Sequence record: NC_047838.1
DNA: 64,000 nucleotides
Strand: one strand, 5' to 3'
The notes below the pieces were generated by a model, which was not told the origin of the DNA, did no database searches, and saw nothing but the letters and a program-made list of their open reading frames with translations. This document shows, piece by piece, positions 1 to 9,221 of the stretch. Numbering within the stretch: the first letter of the stretch is position 1; the number at the start of each line of letters is the position of its first letter. The translations under genes were made by a program, and so were the position numbers.

Positions 1-1
1 T

Positions 2-355
2 GTGGGTGACTCTGAGATTAACGTAAAGACTCCGGCATACGCTCATCATAGTGAGATCAGAAAGATCATACGCAAGCATTTTAAGAAAGCAGACATTCAC
101 AGATGCGGTTTTCTTTCACTTCCTATTGATGAGATTGTAGGAGCACATATTGACGAGGGTACATATTACCTGACAAGGAATCGCTATCATCTTTCTATAC
201 TCGGACGCTATCAGTATTTTTGCGGGAAAGAAAGTGTGATTGTGGAACCAGGAACTCTTCTGTGGTTCAACAATAAATTACCTCATGGCACCGTTAACAT
301 CGGTGATGAGACACGCATAACATTTGTATTTGATATCCCTCATGGACAAAGTTGA
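2..355 (+). CDS. Asp/Asn beta-hydroxylase-like 2OG-Fe(II) oxygenase (5' truncated by window)
   Basis: HxD (AHID) plus distal His (PHGTVN) and RITFVFD strand of a double-stranded beta-helix dioxygenase. Confidence 0.7.
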   Translation: MGDSEINVKTPAYAHHSEIRKIIRKHFKKADIHRCGFLSLPIDEIVGAHIDEGTYYLTRNRYHLSILGRYQYFCGKESVIVEPGTLLWFNNKLPHGTVNIGDETRITFVFDIPHGQS

Positions 356-1718
356 AATCCTTATCCTAAGAAACCTACTCTTTAATGAGGAATATCTTCG
401 TAAGGTTGTTCCTTTTATCAAGGCAGAATATTTTGAGGAGATAACTCAGAAAGTAATCTTTGAAGAGATTTGGAACTTCGTTCAAGAATATAATCAAGCA
501 ACGACAAAGGAAGTTCTCTGTATTGAGATTGAGAAACGTAGCGATATTACCGATGCTTCGTTTAAAGAAATCACGCAACTGATTAGTTACTTGGAAGATG
601 TTCCAACAGACTATGATTGGTTGCTAGATACCACAGAGAAGTGGTGCCGTGATCGTGCTATCTATCTGGCACTAATGGAATCCATCGCTCTTGCAGATGG
701 AAAGGATAAAGAAAAGGATCGTGATGCGATCCCCAGCATTCTGTCAGATGCTCTGGCAGTTTCATTTGACACCCATGTGGGTCATGATTACTTACTCGAT
801 TATGAGGCGAGATATGAATCCTACCATCGCAAAGAAGACAAGATCGAATTCGACCTTGAGTTTTTCAATAAGATTACGAAAGGTGGTCTCCCGAACAAAA
901 CGCTTAATATTGCTCTTGCTGGCACTGGGGTCGGGAAATCTCTGTTTATGTGTCACGTCGCATCTGGAGCTCTCCTCGACGGAAAAAACGTATTATATAT
1001 CACGATGGAAATGGCTGAGGAAAAGATTGCAGAGAGAATTGATGCTAATCTTCTCAACGTCCCTATCCAGGAGATAACAGAACTTCCTAAGGTGATGTTT
1101 GAGGATAAGGTGACAAAGTTAGCACAGAAAACTCAAGGCACTCTTATAATTAAAGAGTATCCAACGGCATCTGCACATGCTGGACACTTTAGGGCACTTC
1201 TTAATGAACTTGCACTTAAGAAGTCATTTAGACCTGATATTATTTTCATCGATTACCTTAATATATGTGCTTCCAGCAGGTATCGCGGAAACAGCACTGT
1301 CAATTCATATAGTTATATCAAAGCTATTGCTGAAGAGCTTAGAGGACTGGCTGTTGAAGCAAACGTCCCTATCGTATCTGCCACGCAGACCACTCGTTCT
1401 GGTTATGGTAGCTCTGATGTTGAGCTTACTGATACTAGTGAGTCCTTTGGTCTCCCTGCTACTGCTGATCTTATGTTTGCCCTTATTTCTACAGAAGAGC
1501 TTGAGGGGTTGGGACAAATTATGGTGAAGCAGTTGAAGAATCGTTATAATGATTTGTCGGTGTTCAAGCGTTTTGTGGTTGGCATCGACCGTGCCAAGAT
1601 GCGACTCTATGATTGTGAACAGACAGCACAGAATGATATTCTTGACAGCGGTCAGGATGAAGAGTATAATTATGAAGAATCAAAACCAAAGAAATCGTTT
1701 GAGGGGTTCAAGTTTTGA
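342..1718 (+). CDS. gp41: T4-like replicative DNA helicase
   Basis: Walker A AGTGVGKS, ITMEMAEEKIAERIDAN, IFIDYLNI, ATQTTRSG, KQLKNRYND; start moved to ATG 342. Confidence 0.97.
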   Translation: MDKVEILILRNLLFNEEYLRKVVPFIKAEYFEEITQKVIFEEIWNFVQEYNQATTKEVLCIEIEKRSDITDASFKEITQLISYLEDVPTDYDWLLDTTEKWCRDRAIYLALMESIALADGKDKEKDRDAIPSILSDALAVSFDTHVGHDYLLDYEARYESYHRKEDKIEFDLEFFNKITKGGLPNKTLNIALAGTGVGKSLFMCHVASGALLDGKNVLYITMEMAEEKIAERIDANLLNVPIQEITELPKVMFEDKVTKLAQKTQGTLIIKEYPTASAHAGHFRALLNELALKKSFRPDIIFIDYLNICASSRYRGNSTVNSYSYIKAIAEELRGLAVEANVPIVSATQTTRSGYGSSDVELTDTSESFGLPATADLMFALISTEELEGLGQIMVKQLKNRYNDLSVFKRFVVGIDRAKMRLYDCEQTAQNDILDSGQDEEYNYEESKPKKSFEGFKF

Positions 1719-2029
1719 ACGGATACTATTCAGTTTTCAATCCCCGTGGAGAGAAAATCGCTGACTGCGGTATCGAAAGAGATGCAGTCAATCTTATTGG
1801 TATGAGAAACCGTCGATGGGATGGTCATTACTACCAATTCAATCCTCTTCCTGGCGAGATCGTTGAAACCAAACTTCTTGAAAGACCTAAACTTCCTACT
1901 AAAGACATCGTAGTCAACATGGATGGTGGAGTCGGTGGATCATGGAGAGAGGTTGAGACCATCGAAATCAAAGGACAAAAATTACATCTACAGCAATCAG
2001 ATTTACCCAAAGCAAATTATGACCGTTGA
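1715..2029 (+). CDS. hypothetical protein
   Basis: 104 aa ORF overlapping the gp41 stop and the mazG start. Confidence 0.6.
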   Translation: MNGYYSVFNPRGEKIADCGIERDAVNLIGMRNRRWDGHYYQFNPLPGEIVETKLLERPKLPTKDIVVNMDGGVGGSWREVETIEIKGQKLHLQQSDLPKANYDR

Positions 2030-2423
2030 CACCGCTAAATATCTTGAGTTCGTTGAAGGAGTGACCAGTCCTCCTAGTCTTGACTGGCCTGTGCTTGCTG
2101 CTCGACTGAGTGAACTAGAAGTTAATGACTGCAACGTCACTCAACTGATGACTGCTGCACTTGGTTTGACTGCTGAGTCTGGTGAGTTTACTGAAGTTGT
2201 GAAGAAGATCTTCCTGCAGGGTAAACCCTACACCGAAGAGAATATCTTCCACATGAAGCGTGAACTGGGTGATATCTGCTGGTATCTTGCTCAGGCATGT
2301 ATGGCACTCGACACCACCTTTGATGAAGTCATCGAGATGAATGTTGAGAAACTTCAGTCTCGCTATCCTGGTGGTAGTTTTGATGTTCACAAGTCTGAGA
2401 ATCGTCAAGACGGTGACGTTTGA
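2019..2423 (+). CDS. mazG: MazG-like nucleotide pyrophosphohydrolase
   Basis: LGLTAESGEFTEVVKK and KRELGDICWY motifs; NVEKLQSRYP; start at ATG 2019. Confidence 0.9.
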   Translation: MTVDTAKYLEFVEGVTSPPSLDWPVLAARLSELEVNDCNVTQLMTAALGLTAESGEFTEVVKKIFLQGKPYTEENIFHMKRELGDICWYLAQACMALDTTFDEVIEMNVEKLQSRYPGGSFDVHKSENRQDGDV

Positions 2424-2437
2424 CCCTTCGGGGTTGC

Positions 2438-2510
2438 GGGGTTATAGCTCAGTTGGTAGAGCGCCTGCTTTGCAAGCAGGATGTCAGCGGTTCGAGTCCG
2501 CTTAACTCCA
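2438..2510 (+). tRNA. tRNA-Ala(UGC)
   Basis: GGGGTTA/TAACTCC acceptor stem, CCTGC-TTTGCAA-GCAGG anticodon arm, TTCGAGT T-loop; CCA not encoded. Confidence 0.96.
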
Positions 2511-2516
2511 TAAATA
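2509..2516 (+). promoter_or_regulatory. T4-type late promoter candidate CATAAATA
   Basis: One mismatch to TATAAATA; overlaps the tRNA 3' end, 14 nt before the ATG at 2530. Confidence 0.55.
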
Positions 2517-2529
2517 TCTAAAAAGGGTA

Positions 2530-3828
2530 ATGGCGAAAAGTCTCCTTGATACAGATTTATATACTAAAACAGTCACGGTTATCAACGACAACCTTTATGA
2601 TCTGGGTATGTCAATTGATACTAAAAGAACTGAAGGATCATACATCTTTGTTATGTGTGATGAGGATAGACTCGAAACTCAAGAGTCTTTGGAGATGGAA
2701 ATTGAGAGAGTTTCTGGACTTCGTTGCAGCAGAAAATATGTCAAGTCAAAATCATCAACAGATTTAACGCAGGTTGAGGGGTTTGGAAAAAAATTAAATA
2801 TTGTTTTTAAAAACACCAGGGGTGGGATGCAGGAAACCACCCTCAATTCTACTATTACTGAATTGTTTCCAGCTATTGCTTTTGAAGCAGGTATTAGTAC
2901 AGATCTTGATCCGGCTATATTTTATAATAAACTTGTAGAGGCAAACGATCCAAAATTTGGTGCGTATAAAAATAAGAGTGCATATGATGCGGGCAAACCA
3001 TTTTTAGATAAAGCACCAACTTCCTCTAAATTTGAGGAGAAAACAACAAACGCTCAAGCAATTACAGAGTGGTTGATTGGTGAGAACAAAAGAAAAAAAA
3101 TTAAAAAAGTTGTCTGGGGATATCGCAATAATTTAAAACCAGATGGAGTTGCACCCAATCACAAGGGAGATATTTTTGCTGTTTTTGATGATGGTAATAT
3201 TTTAGGAATCTCCTTGAAGGCAGGTGGAGCAAAAACTGCTGAACCACAATTTAACAGTTACGTAAGACCTATCTTTACTTCTTTTGGAATGCTTAATGAC
3301 TATGCAAAACTTGAGAAACAATCTTACGAGACTTTCTACAAAGGTATCCCTGGGATTACGCCTGAGAATACTTATGGAAAGCAACAAATGACAAAAGTCA
3401 TAGGTGCCTTTGAAAAAAATAATTTAAAACAATATGAAATGCTATATGATGCACAACTTGAATTTGTGAGAGAGTATATTTGTGACATGATGAACAAATA
3501 TCCTGCCAAAGCAAAGAATTGGTTGTTGCGTGAAGTTGCAGCAGAACAAGAAGGTGTTCCCTTGATTGTTTTGAAAGCAGCAGGTAAGACAACTAAGATT
3601 GTTGACGACGAGAATGTAATTAAGGATTGTGTTCAGACATCTAAAAAAGCAAATGGAATAAAAGCATACCCTTCAAAAACATCAAAACAAAATTGGCATA
3701 TTGATTTAACGTGTAGAACTCATACTACAACCTTGAATTTTTCTATTAGAACAAACAAAACTGGGATCAGTCATAAATTGGGTCAGTATATCAATCTCGC
3801 AGTTAAGTTTAACGGAATCGCTAAATAA
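2530..3828 (+). CDS. hypothetical protein, possible PD-(D/E)XK nuclease fold
   Basis: KGDIFAVFDDGNILGISLKAG resembles the D..(S/E)xK active site of restriction-like nucleases; visibly AT-rich. Confidence 0.5.
   Translation: MAKSLLDTDLYTKTVTVINDNLYDLGMSIDTKRTEGSYIFVMCDEDRLETQESLEMEIERVSGLRCSRKYVKSKSSTDLTQVEGFGKKLNIVFKNTRGGMQETTLNSTITELFPAIAFEAGISTDLDPAIFYNKLVEANDPKFGAYKNKSAYDAGKPFLDKAPTSSKFEEKTTNAQAITEWLIGENKRKKIKKVVWGYRNNLKPDGVAPNHKGDIFAVFDDGNILGISLKAGGAKTAEPQFNSYVRPIFTSFGMLNDYAKLEKQSYETFYKGIPGITPENTYGKQQMTKVIGAFEKNNLKQYEMLYDAQLEFVREYICDMMNKYPAKAKNWLLREVAAEQEGVPLIVLKAAGKTTKIVDDENVIKDCVQTSKKANGIKAYPSKTSKQNWHIDLTCRTHTTTLNFSIRTNKTGISHKLGQYINLAVKFNGIAK
3821..3827 (+). promoter_or_regulatory. late promoter candidate CTAAATA
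   Basis: TAAATA core upstream of the ATG at 3851. Confidence 0.55.
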
Positions 3829-3850
3829 TGTATAAGGATTATCAATATAA

Positions 3851-5086
3851 ATGAAAAGTTTATTTCAGTTCCTAAATGAGGCGCAATCACAAGCGTCGAT
3901 GCAGGCGAAAAAACTGAATTTGAAAAGCGATGGCCATGGAGGTTGGTTAGACTCCAAGGGTAAATTTGTTGCGACTACAGAAGATGGTAAGTTAAAGTTT
4001 TTAGATAAGAAACAAGCAAAAGCACAAGATGAACCAAGTGCAAAACCAAAAGCAACTCAAGCAGAACCTGAAGCAAAGACTAAGAAACCTGCAACTCAAG
4101 AGACTGGCACGAAGAAAGCAGAAGCAGGTGATGGAGATCAAACTTCTGGGGAGACAACAGAAACCCTGACCGTTGCATTCGGTCGTTTTAATCCACCGAC
4201 TGTAGGACATGGTAAGTTACTTGCCGCGGCCAAGAAAGCGTCGGCAGGTGAAGACATGAAGATCTATCCTTCACGTTCACAGGATGCTAAGAAGAATCCT
4301 CTTGATCCTGACATGAAGGTTTCGTTTATGAAGAAAATGTTCCCTGATTATGCAGAGAACATTATTAATGATGATGAGATGAAGTCTATCTTCAACGTTC
4401 TCACCACGGCAGATGAGCAAGGGTATCGCAACGTCAACATCATCGTAGGTTCAGACCGTCAATCTGAGTTTGAAAATCTGGCAACCAAATATAATGGTGA
4501 CCTGTATAACTTTGAGAACATCCGTGTTATCTCTGCTGGTGTGAGAGATGCGGATGCTGAAGGTGTTGAGGGAATGTCAGCATCTAAGATGAGAAAGGCA
4601 GTCATGGATGATGACTTTAAAGCATTCCGTAGTGGCACACCAAAAGAATTGGATGATGGCGACACTCAGGCATTATTTGATGCAGTCCGTGCTGGCATGG
4701 GTATCAAGAAAAAGAAAGCAGAAGTTGCTGAGATGTGGCAGATTGCTCCCAAGTATGATCAAAGAGGTCTGCGCGAGCAGTATGTGAACGGACTAATCTA
4801 TCGTCTTGGTGATATTGTAGAAAGTCTGCATACAGGATTGGTTGGTACGATTATCCGCAGAGGAACTAATCACCTGATCTGTGTCACGAAAGAGGACTAT
4901 ATGTTTAAGTCCTGGATCCGTGATGTCATGGAATACACTGAGAAGAAAATGGAACGTCGTATGAGAGTTCCTGGAAAACCAAACACACTCGAAGGAACTG
5001 GTGGTTATACGAAGAATGCTATGGCAGCAACTGGCACATCTAGTATCAAGAATTTCATAAATAAGTATAAGATTAAAAAGTCATAG
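3851..5086 (+). CDS. cytidylyltransferase/NMNAT-like nucleotidyltransferase with N-terminal low-complexity region
   Basis: AFGRFNPPTVGHGKLL (T/HxGH), IIVGSDR, SASKMR motifs; N-terminus MKSLFQFLNEA. Confidence 0.8.
   Translation: MKSLFQFLNEAQSQASMQAKKLNLKSDGHGGWLDSKGKFVATTEDGKLKFLDKKQAKAQDEPSAKPKATQAEPEAKTKKPATQETGTKKAEAGDGDQTSGETTETLTVAFGRFNPPTVGHGKLLAAAKKASAGEDMKIYPSRSQDAKKNPLDPDMKVSFMKKMFPDYAENIINDDEMKSIFNVLTTADEQGYRNVNIIVGSDRQSEFENLATKYNGDLYNFENIRVISAGVRDADAEGVEGMSASKMRKAVMDDDFKAFRSGTPKELDDGDTQALFDAVRAGMGIKKKKAEVAEMWQIAPKYDQRGLREQYVNGLIYRLGDIVESLHTGLVGTIIRRGTNHLICVTKEDYMFKSWIRDVMEYTEKKMERRMRVPGKPNTLEGTGGYTKNAMAATGTSSIKNFINKYKIKKS
5056..5063 (+). promoter_or_regulatory. late promoter candidate CATAAATA
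   Basis: 30 nt upstream of the ATG at 5094. Confidence 0.55.
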
Positions 5087-5093
5087 AATTACC

Positions 5094-6698
5094 ATGTCTA
5101 ATGGAATCGGTAAAAATCCTTTAAACGATATTTCAAAGGTATACTTAGATCAAATCGTTGAGAAGAAGAAAGACGATACCTATCTTGAACCTGACATGAA
5201 GAAGCGTCAGGCAAATAATGAGAAGGCACGCAAAGAACTTGCCAAGGGTCCTCAAATGAAGAACCCCCATTTTGAATCTGCTGAGAAGAGTGGTTGGGAT
5301 GCTGTCAATTCCCTCGCAGATGTATATAAGAATATGAATGAAGAAGAAGTTGATGAAGCGATGAGTTCATATGATAGAAATCGTAAGAGAGCAGCACAGA
5401 GAGCAGCAGACAGAAATGCTGCCAGAGCAGCAGGTAAGACAGGTGTAGTTCCTGGAGTTGGATATGTGTCTCCTAGAAAGGAGAAAGAATCATATGTTGA
5501 TTCTGCAGGCACAACCAGACATAAGTCAGGCGCAAAGATGGAAGCACTTGATCCTGTCGGTAAGGAAGACGGTGATGTTAATAATGATGGTAAGAAAGAC
5601 AGCACCGATTCTTACCTGATGAAGCGCCGCAAGGCAATTGGTAATGCGATGAAAAAGAAACTCAAAGAGTCAAGATCACTCTCTGAGGTTATGACTGATG
5701 AGGTTGATGAAAAACCCATCAAAGAAAAGAACGTAAAGAATAAGATCAAAATTAGTCCTAAACTGGGTGAAGCAGTTGAGGACCTTGGTGGTGAACTGCT
5801 TGAAATGACTGAAGTTGATGAAGCAGTCTACGGTGGCACTCCTAAAGAGGAACCAAAAGACAAGCGCATGGTTGTCACTAATGCTGATAAGAAAGGAAAC
5901 ACACCTGCTTATCGTGCATTCAAAGCAGGTGACAAGCGTTACAAGGCTGCTGATCACATGAAAGAAGAGCAGGTTGATGAAGAGAAGAAACCTTTACCCA
6001 AGACAAAGATGTTCCGCAAAGCGGGCAACTTAGGACGTGATGCAATTAGCACTCCTATCGATCCTGAGAAACGTCAGAAGGCATACGATCGTTCTAAGAA
6101 GATTATCAAAACTTTGAACCAGAATGAGGATGTAAGCCTGGGAAAGTCACCAGAAACCTCAGAAATTCCTGAGGAGATGTCTCCACAGGAGATTCAACTT
6201 CAAAAGAAAAAAGCAACCATCGATAAGATGATTGCTCAAAGAAGAAAGACTGAACTTGCAAAAGGTAATGCTCCTACCAAAACCATGGGTGAAGGCAAGG
6301 GAGATCCTTGCTGGGACACTCACAAGCAAGTTGGTATGAAGAAGAAAGGAAACCGTATGGTTCCTAATTGTGTTCCCAAGAATGAGGAAGTAGAACTTGA
6401 TGAACGTACCCGTTTCGCAAAAGAAACAGGTAAAGATTTCAAGACTGGTAATCCATCTGAAAAGGGTGGCACCAGAACTGGCAAGTCTGCTTTTGATAAA
6501 GTAAGTCGCGATATGCGTAAGACTGGTGGTGTAATGTCCTCCAGAGGCAAAGGTATTCAACCTCAAGGTAAGAAGAAGGTCAAAGGTGCTAAGGGTTACA
6601 AAGGTGTAACTCCTGTAGATAAGATTAGGAACAGACTTGCTCAAAAGAGAGCAGCAAAACCTAACCCCTATAGAGCAAGAGCAGGTGAGTCCGACTGA
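5094..6698 (+). CDS. modular K/E-rich protein, probable head-internal protein
   Basis: Basic modules separated by acidic VDE/LKE/MGE/LDE sites; late promoter. Confidence 0.6.
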   Translation: MSNGIGKNPLNDISKVYLDQIVEKKKDDTYLEPDMKKRQANNEKARKELAKGPQMKNPHFESAEKSGWDAVNSLADVYKNMNEEEVDEAMSSYDRNRKRAAQRAADRNAARAAGKTGVVPGVGYVSPRKEKESYVDSAGTTRHKSGAKMEALDPVGKEDGDVNNDGKKDSTDSYLMKRRKAIGNAMKKKLKESRSLSEVMTDEVDEKPIKEKNVKNKIKISPKLGEAVEDLGGELLEMTEVDEAVYGGTPKEEPKDKRMVVTNADKKGNTPAYRAFKAGDKRYKAADHMKEEQVDEEKKPLPKTKMFRKAGNLGRDAISTPIDPEKRQKAYDRSKKIIKTLNQNEDVSLGKSPETSEIPEEMSPQEIQLQKKKATIDKMIAQRRKTELAKGNAPTKTMGEGKGDPCWDTHKQVGMKKKGNRMVPNCVPKNEEVELDERTRFAKETGKDFKTGNPSEKGGTRTGKSAFDKVSRDMRKTGGVMSSRGKGIQPQGKKKVKGAKGYKGVTPVDKIRNRLAQKRAAKPNPYRARAGESD

Positions 6699-7162
6699 TG
6701 CCTGCTCTCTCTAAAAAACAACAGCGATTCTTTGGAATCGTTCGTGCGATTCAAAAAGGAGAACAAGCACCTACCACTCCTGAAACTGCTAAGGCAGCAA
6801 GGGATATGAAGAAGGGTGATGTAAAAGATTTTGCATCAACCAAACATAAAGGTTTGCCTGAGAAAAAGGTCAAGAAAGAAGAGACTGATTACAAGTCAAG
6901 AGATAAAATTATGAAGAAAGCAAATCCTCTTCATAAACATCTTTACAAGAACCTTCATAAGAAGGATAAGACTGGTGATGTAAATGAAGAAAGTAAGTAT
7001 GATAGGTATGATACTGAAAAGAAAAAGTTTGCCAAGACCGACAAACGAATGAAGTTTGGTAAGTTCTATGACAAGGCAAAGGAGGCAAAGAATCGTCTTC
7101 GTCCTGGTGAAGTGAAACGTTACGACAAAAAACTTGGTAAGTACGTTTCTAATAAAGATTGA
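6698..7162 (+). CDS. DUF3008-like basic protein
   Basis: MPALSKKQQRFFG...DFASTKHKGLPEK pattern; TGATG coupling to the previous gene. Confidence 0.6.
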   Translation: MPALSKKQQRFFGIVRAIQKGEQAPTTPETAKAARDMKKGDVKDFASTKHKGLPEKKVKKEETDYKSRDKIMKKANPLHKHLYKNLHKKDKTGDVNEESKYDRYDTEKKKFAKTDKRMKFGKFYDKAKEAKNRLRPGEVKRYDKKLGKYVSNKD

Positions 7163-7192
7163 CGATATATATAATAGTTACTGAGGTTCATC

Positions 7193-7396
7193 ATGCTCGC
7201 ATTCCTTTTACCTTTAGCATCTAAGATTATTTCTGATGCAGTTGCCAAGATTCCAGAGAACGAGGAACTTGGAGAGAAGTTAGTTGAGATCTGCTTAGTC
7301 ATCTTAGGCAAGGCAGTTAAGCTTACAAAAACCGATATGGACGACCAATTATTGGAGGTCGTAACCAAAGCAATCGCTGCCCGTGAGGGTGAGTGA
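7193..7396 (+). CDS. hypothetical protein
   Basis: 67 aa helical ORF with GAGG RBS. Confidence 0.7.
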   Translation: MLAFLLPLASKIISDAVAKIPENEELGEKLVEICLVILGKAVKLTKTDMDDQLLEVVTKAIAAREGE

Positions 7397-7399
7397 TTT

Positions 7400-7407
7400 T
7401 ATAAATA
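7400..7407 (+). promoter_or_regulatory. T4 late promoter TATAAATA
   Basis: Exact consensus, 32 nt before the ATG at 7440. Confidence 0.8.
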
Positions 7408-7439
7408 TCTAATATCAAGTAAATTTTAGAGAGAAAGAC

Positions 7440-8243
7440 ATGGCACTCTGGGGAAATACCGATGCAATTAGTGTGAAGAGTGGTGGCACCGTTGCTATTA
7501 ATTATGCTACAGGGGCTGTAACTGGTGCTGGCACTAGTTTTGGTGTGAGTGGTTTTGCTGATGTTGGCGACATCCTGAGAGTTGGAACTCGTGTAGGAAC
7601 TGGTACATATTTTGGTGATGCTGTAATCGTTGCTGTTGCAAGCACAATTTCTTGCACCATCGGATCCACGATTGGTCTGCTTCATGCTGGTCCTAATGCA
7701 CACACTTCAACTGGTGCAACTACCTTCCAGGTAAGCAGACTTCCAAAATACACCACCACGCAGCCTCGCTTCAGTCAGGACACTGACTTTAATAAAGCGG
7801 ATGCTACCACAGCAACCGTAACAACTGCATCTGCAACTGGTGTAGCTGGTGTTGGAACAGATATTATTCCTGTTTCAGTATTAGGTGTTGTCAATACTAA
7901 TAGCGATACTCTCGTAAATGACAGCAACAACATTAAGATTTCCTCAGTTAATGCAACACAAGTAAGTCTTGCATCAACAATCTCTGCTGGAATCTCTACT
8001 GGAGACACCTTGACCTTCCAGAGAACTGCTGGTGGATATGAAGCAAATGTCTATGCTGTTGCTGAAGGTGGTAAGGAGTCTGCTGCTGGTGGACAGTACC
8101 AGGTTGACCATGCTGGTTGGGTTGGTGTTACCACATACGTTGACAACCATGGCAACCTGAGAGTCAAGAAAGAGACTCTCGTCGCGATGTCTGGTATTAC
8201 TACGGGCAACGTACCTCTCTATGATTCTGATCCCCTTGCATGA
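7440..8243 (+). CDS. probable virion structural protein (G/T/A/V-rich, beta-rich)
   Basis: MALWGNTD start, HAGWVGVTTY...KKETLVAMS end; exact late promoter. Confidence 0.6.
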   Translation: MALWGNTDAISVKSGGTVAINYATGAVTGAGTSFGVSGFADVGDILRVGTRVGTGTYFGDAVIVAVASTISCTIGSTIGLLHAGPNAHTSTGATTFQVSRLPKYTTTQPRFSQDTDFNKADATTATVTTASATGVAGVGTDIIPVSVLGVVNTNSDTLVNDSNNIKISSVNATQVSLASTISAGISTGDTLTFQRTAGGYEANVYAVAEGGKESAAGGQYQVDHAGWVGVTTYVDNHGNLRVKKETLVAMSGITTGNVPLYDSDPLA

Positions 8244-8250
8244 TGACTGA

Positions 8251-8643
8251 ATGATCTTTAATGAATTGAATGAGGATAACTTCCTCCTCTTCGCTATTAA
8301 AAATTATGAAAATCCTCAGGCAGTTACCAAAGAGGATTTTGATAAAGATCTAAATCACTTTAAGTATATCAAACGATTACTGAAGCGATATAAGAATACG
8401 GGTCAACTTAAGACTCATCTTCTTTTAAACCACTTTATCATTCTTTATAATATTTTTGGTGAAGCAACAACACCCATGTTGTTCTTTAAAATTGAAGAGG
8501 ATTTGTGGTCTTCCATGAAAAGTTTTATCATTTTTCTTGGAAGATTTCCTGAATATCCTCACTCATCGATTCATGATATCCAGGTCGATATGTTTTGTTT
8601 ATCGGAACTCTACAAGATCTATAATGAAAAAGAGTCCTCTTGA
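8251..8643 (+). CDS. conserved T4-like hypothetical protein
   Basis: FAIKNYENPQ...LLLNHFIILYNIFG pattern recalled from myoviruses upstream of primase. Confidence 0.7.
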   Translation: MIFNELNEDNFLLFAIKNYENPQAVTKEDFDKDLNHFKYIKRLLKRYKNTGQLKTHLLLNHFIILYNIFGEATTPMLFFKIEEDLWSSMKSFIIFLGRFPEYPHSSIHDIQVDMFCLSELYKIYNEKESS

Positions 8644-8836
8644 TAAGATTATTCAGATGATTCGTGAGGATGCTCCCACGAATGCGATGGCACATGGGAA
8701 GATTGCAGGGTCAGTAGAGGCTGGAGATGATCCTCCAGTAAGAAAGAAAAAGAAAAAGAATTATGCATATGGTGGTCACGGCAGCAGGAGAGTCTGGTTA
8801 GATTACTTCAGAAAGCAAAATGGCAGAGCAAATTAA
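8624..8836 (+). CDS. small basic hypothetical protein
   Basis: MKKSPLDKIIQMIREDAPTNA; start at ATG 8624. Confidence 0.6.
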   Translation: MKKSPLDKIIQMIREDAPTNAMAHGKIAGSVEAGDDPPVRKKKKKNYAYGGHGSRRVWLDYFRKQNGRAN

Positions 8837-9221
8837 ACTTGCGGTCCTAGAAGAGAAACTTCAAAACTTTGAGACATTAGTCTCTAGGTTGGACTCTGCT
8901 ATTGAAAAAATTGCTGAGGTAAATAATAACGTGAGTAGGATGCTTGCCGTTCATGAGGAAAGAATTACGAAGCAAGAGGAAATCGACGCGGTGTTGTTTG
9001 ATAAAATCGACAAACTCCGTGATAAAATGGACAGCGATCATGACATCGTTACTCAACGATTATCATTATTGGAACGGAAACTTTGGATTGGCATCGGAAT
9101 ACTGGGAGCAGTTGTAGCACTTACCAATCCTCAAGCAATCAAGACTCTCAGACCCTTGTTATCCTCTGCTGAAAGTGCTATAGTGGCACCAGCAGTTGCT
9201 TTTGTGGATGGATCATATTGA
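8820..9221 (+). CDS. coiled-coil protein with C-terminal TM segment
   Basis: Heptad pattern followed by LWIGIGILGAVVAL. Confidence 0.65.
   Translation: MAEQIKLAVLEEKLQNFETLVSRLDSAIEKIAEVNNNVSRMLAVHEERITKQEEIDAVLFDKIDKLRDKMDSDHDIVTQRLSLLERKLWIGIGILGAVVALTNPQAIKTLRPLLSSAESAIVAPAVAFVDGSY

Noticed and set aside
7159-7176. TTGACG and TATAAT before the 7193 gene
   Set aside because: Spacing is far below 17 nt
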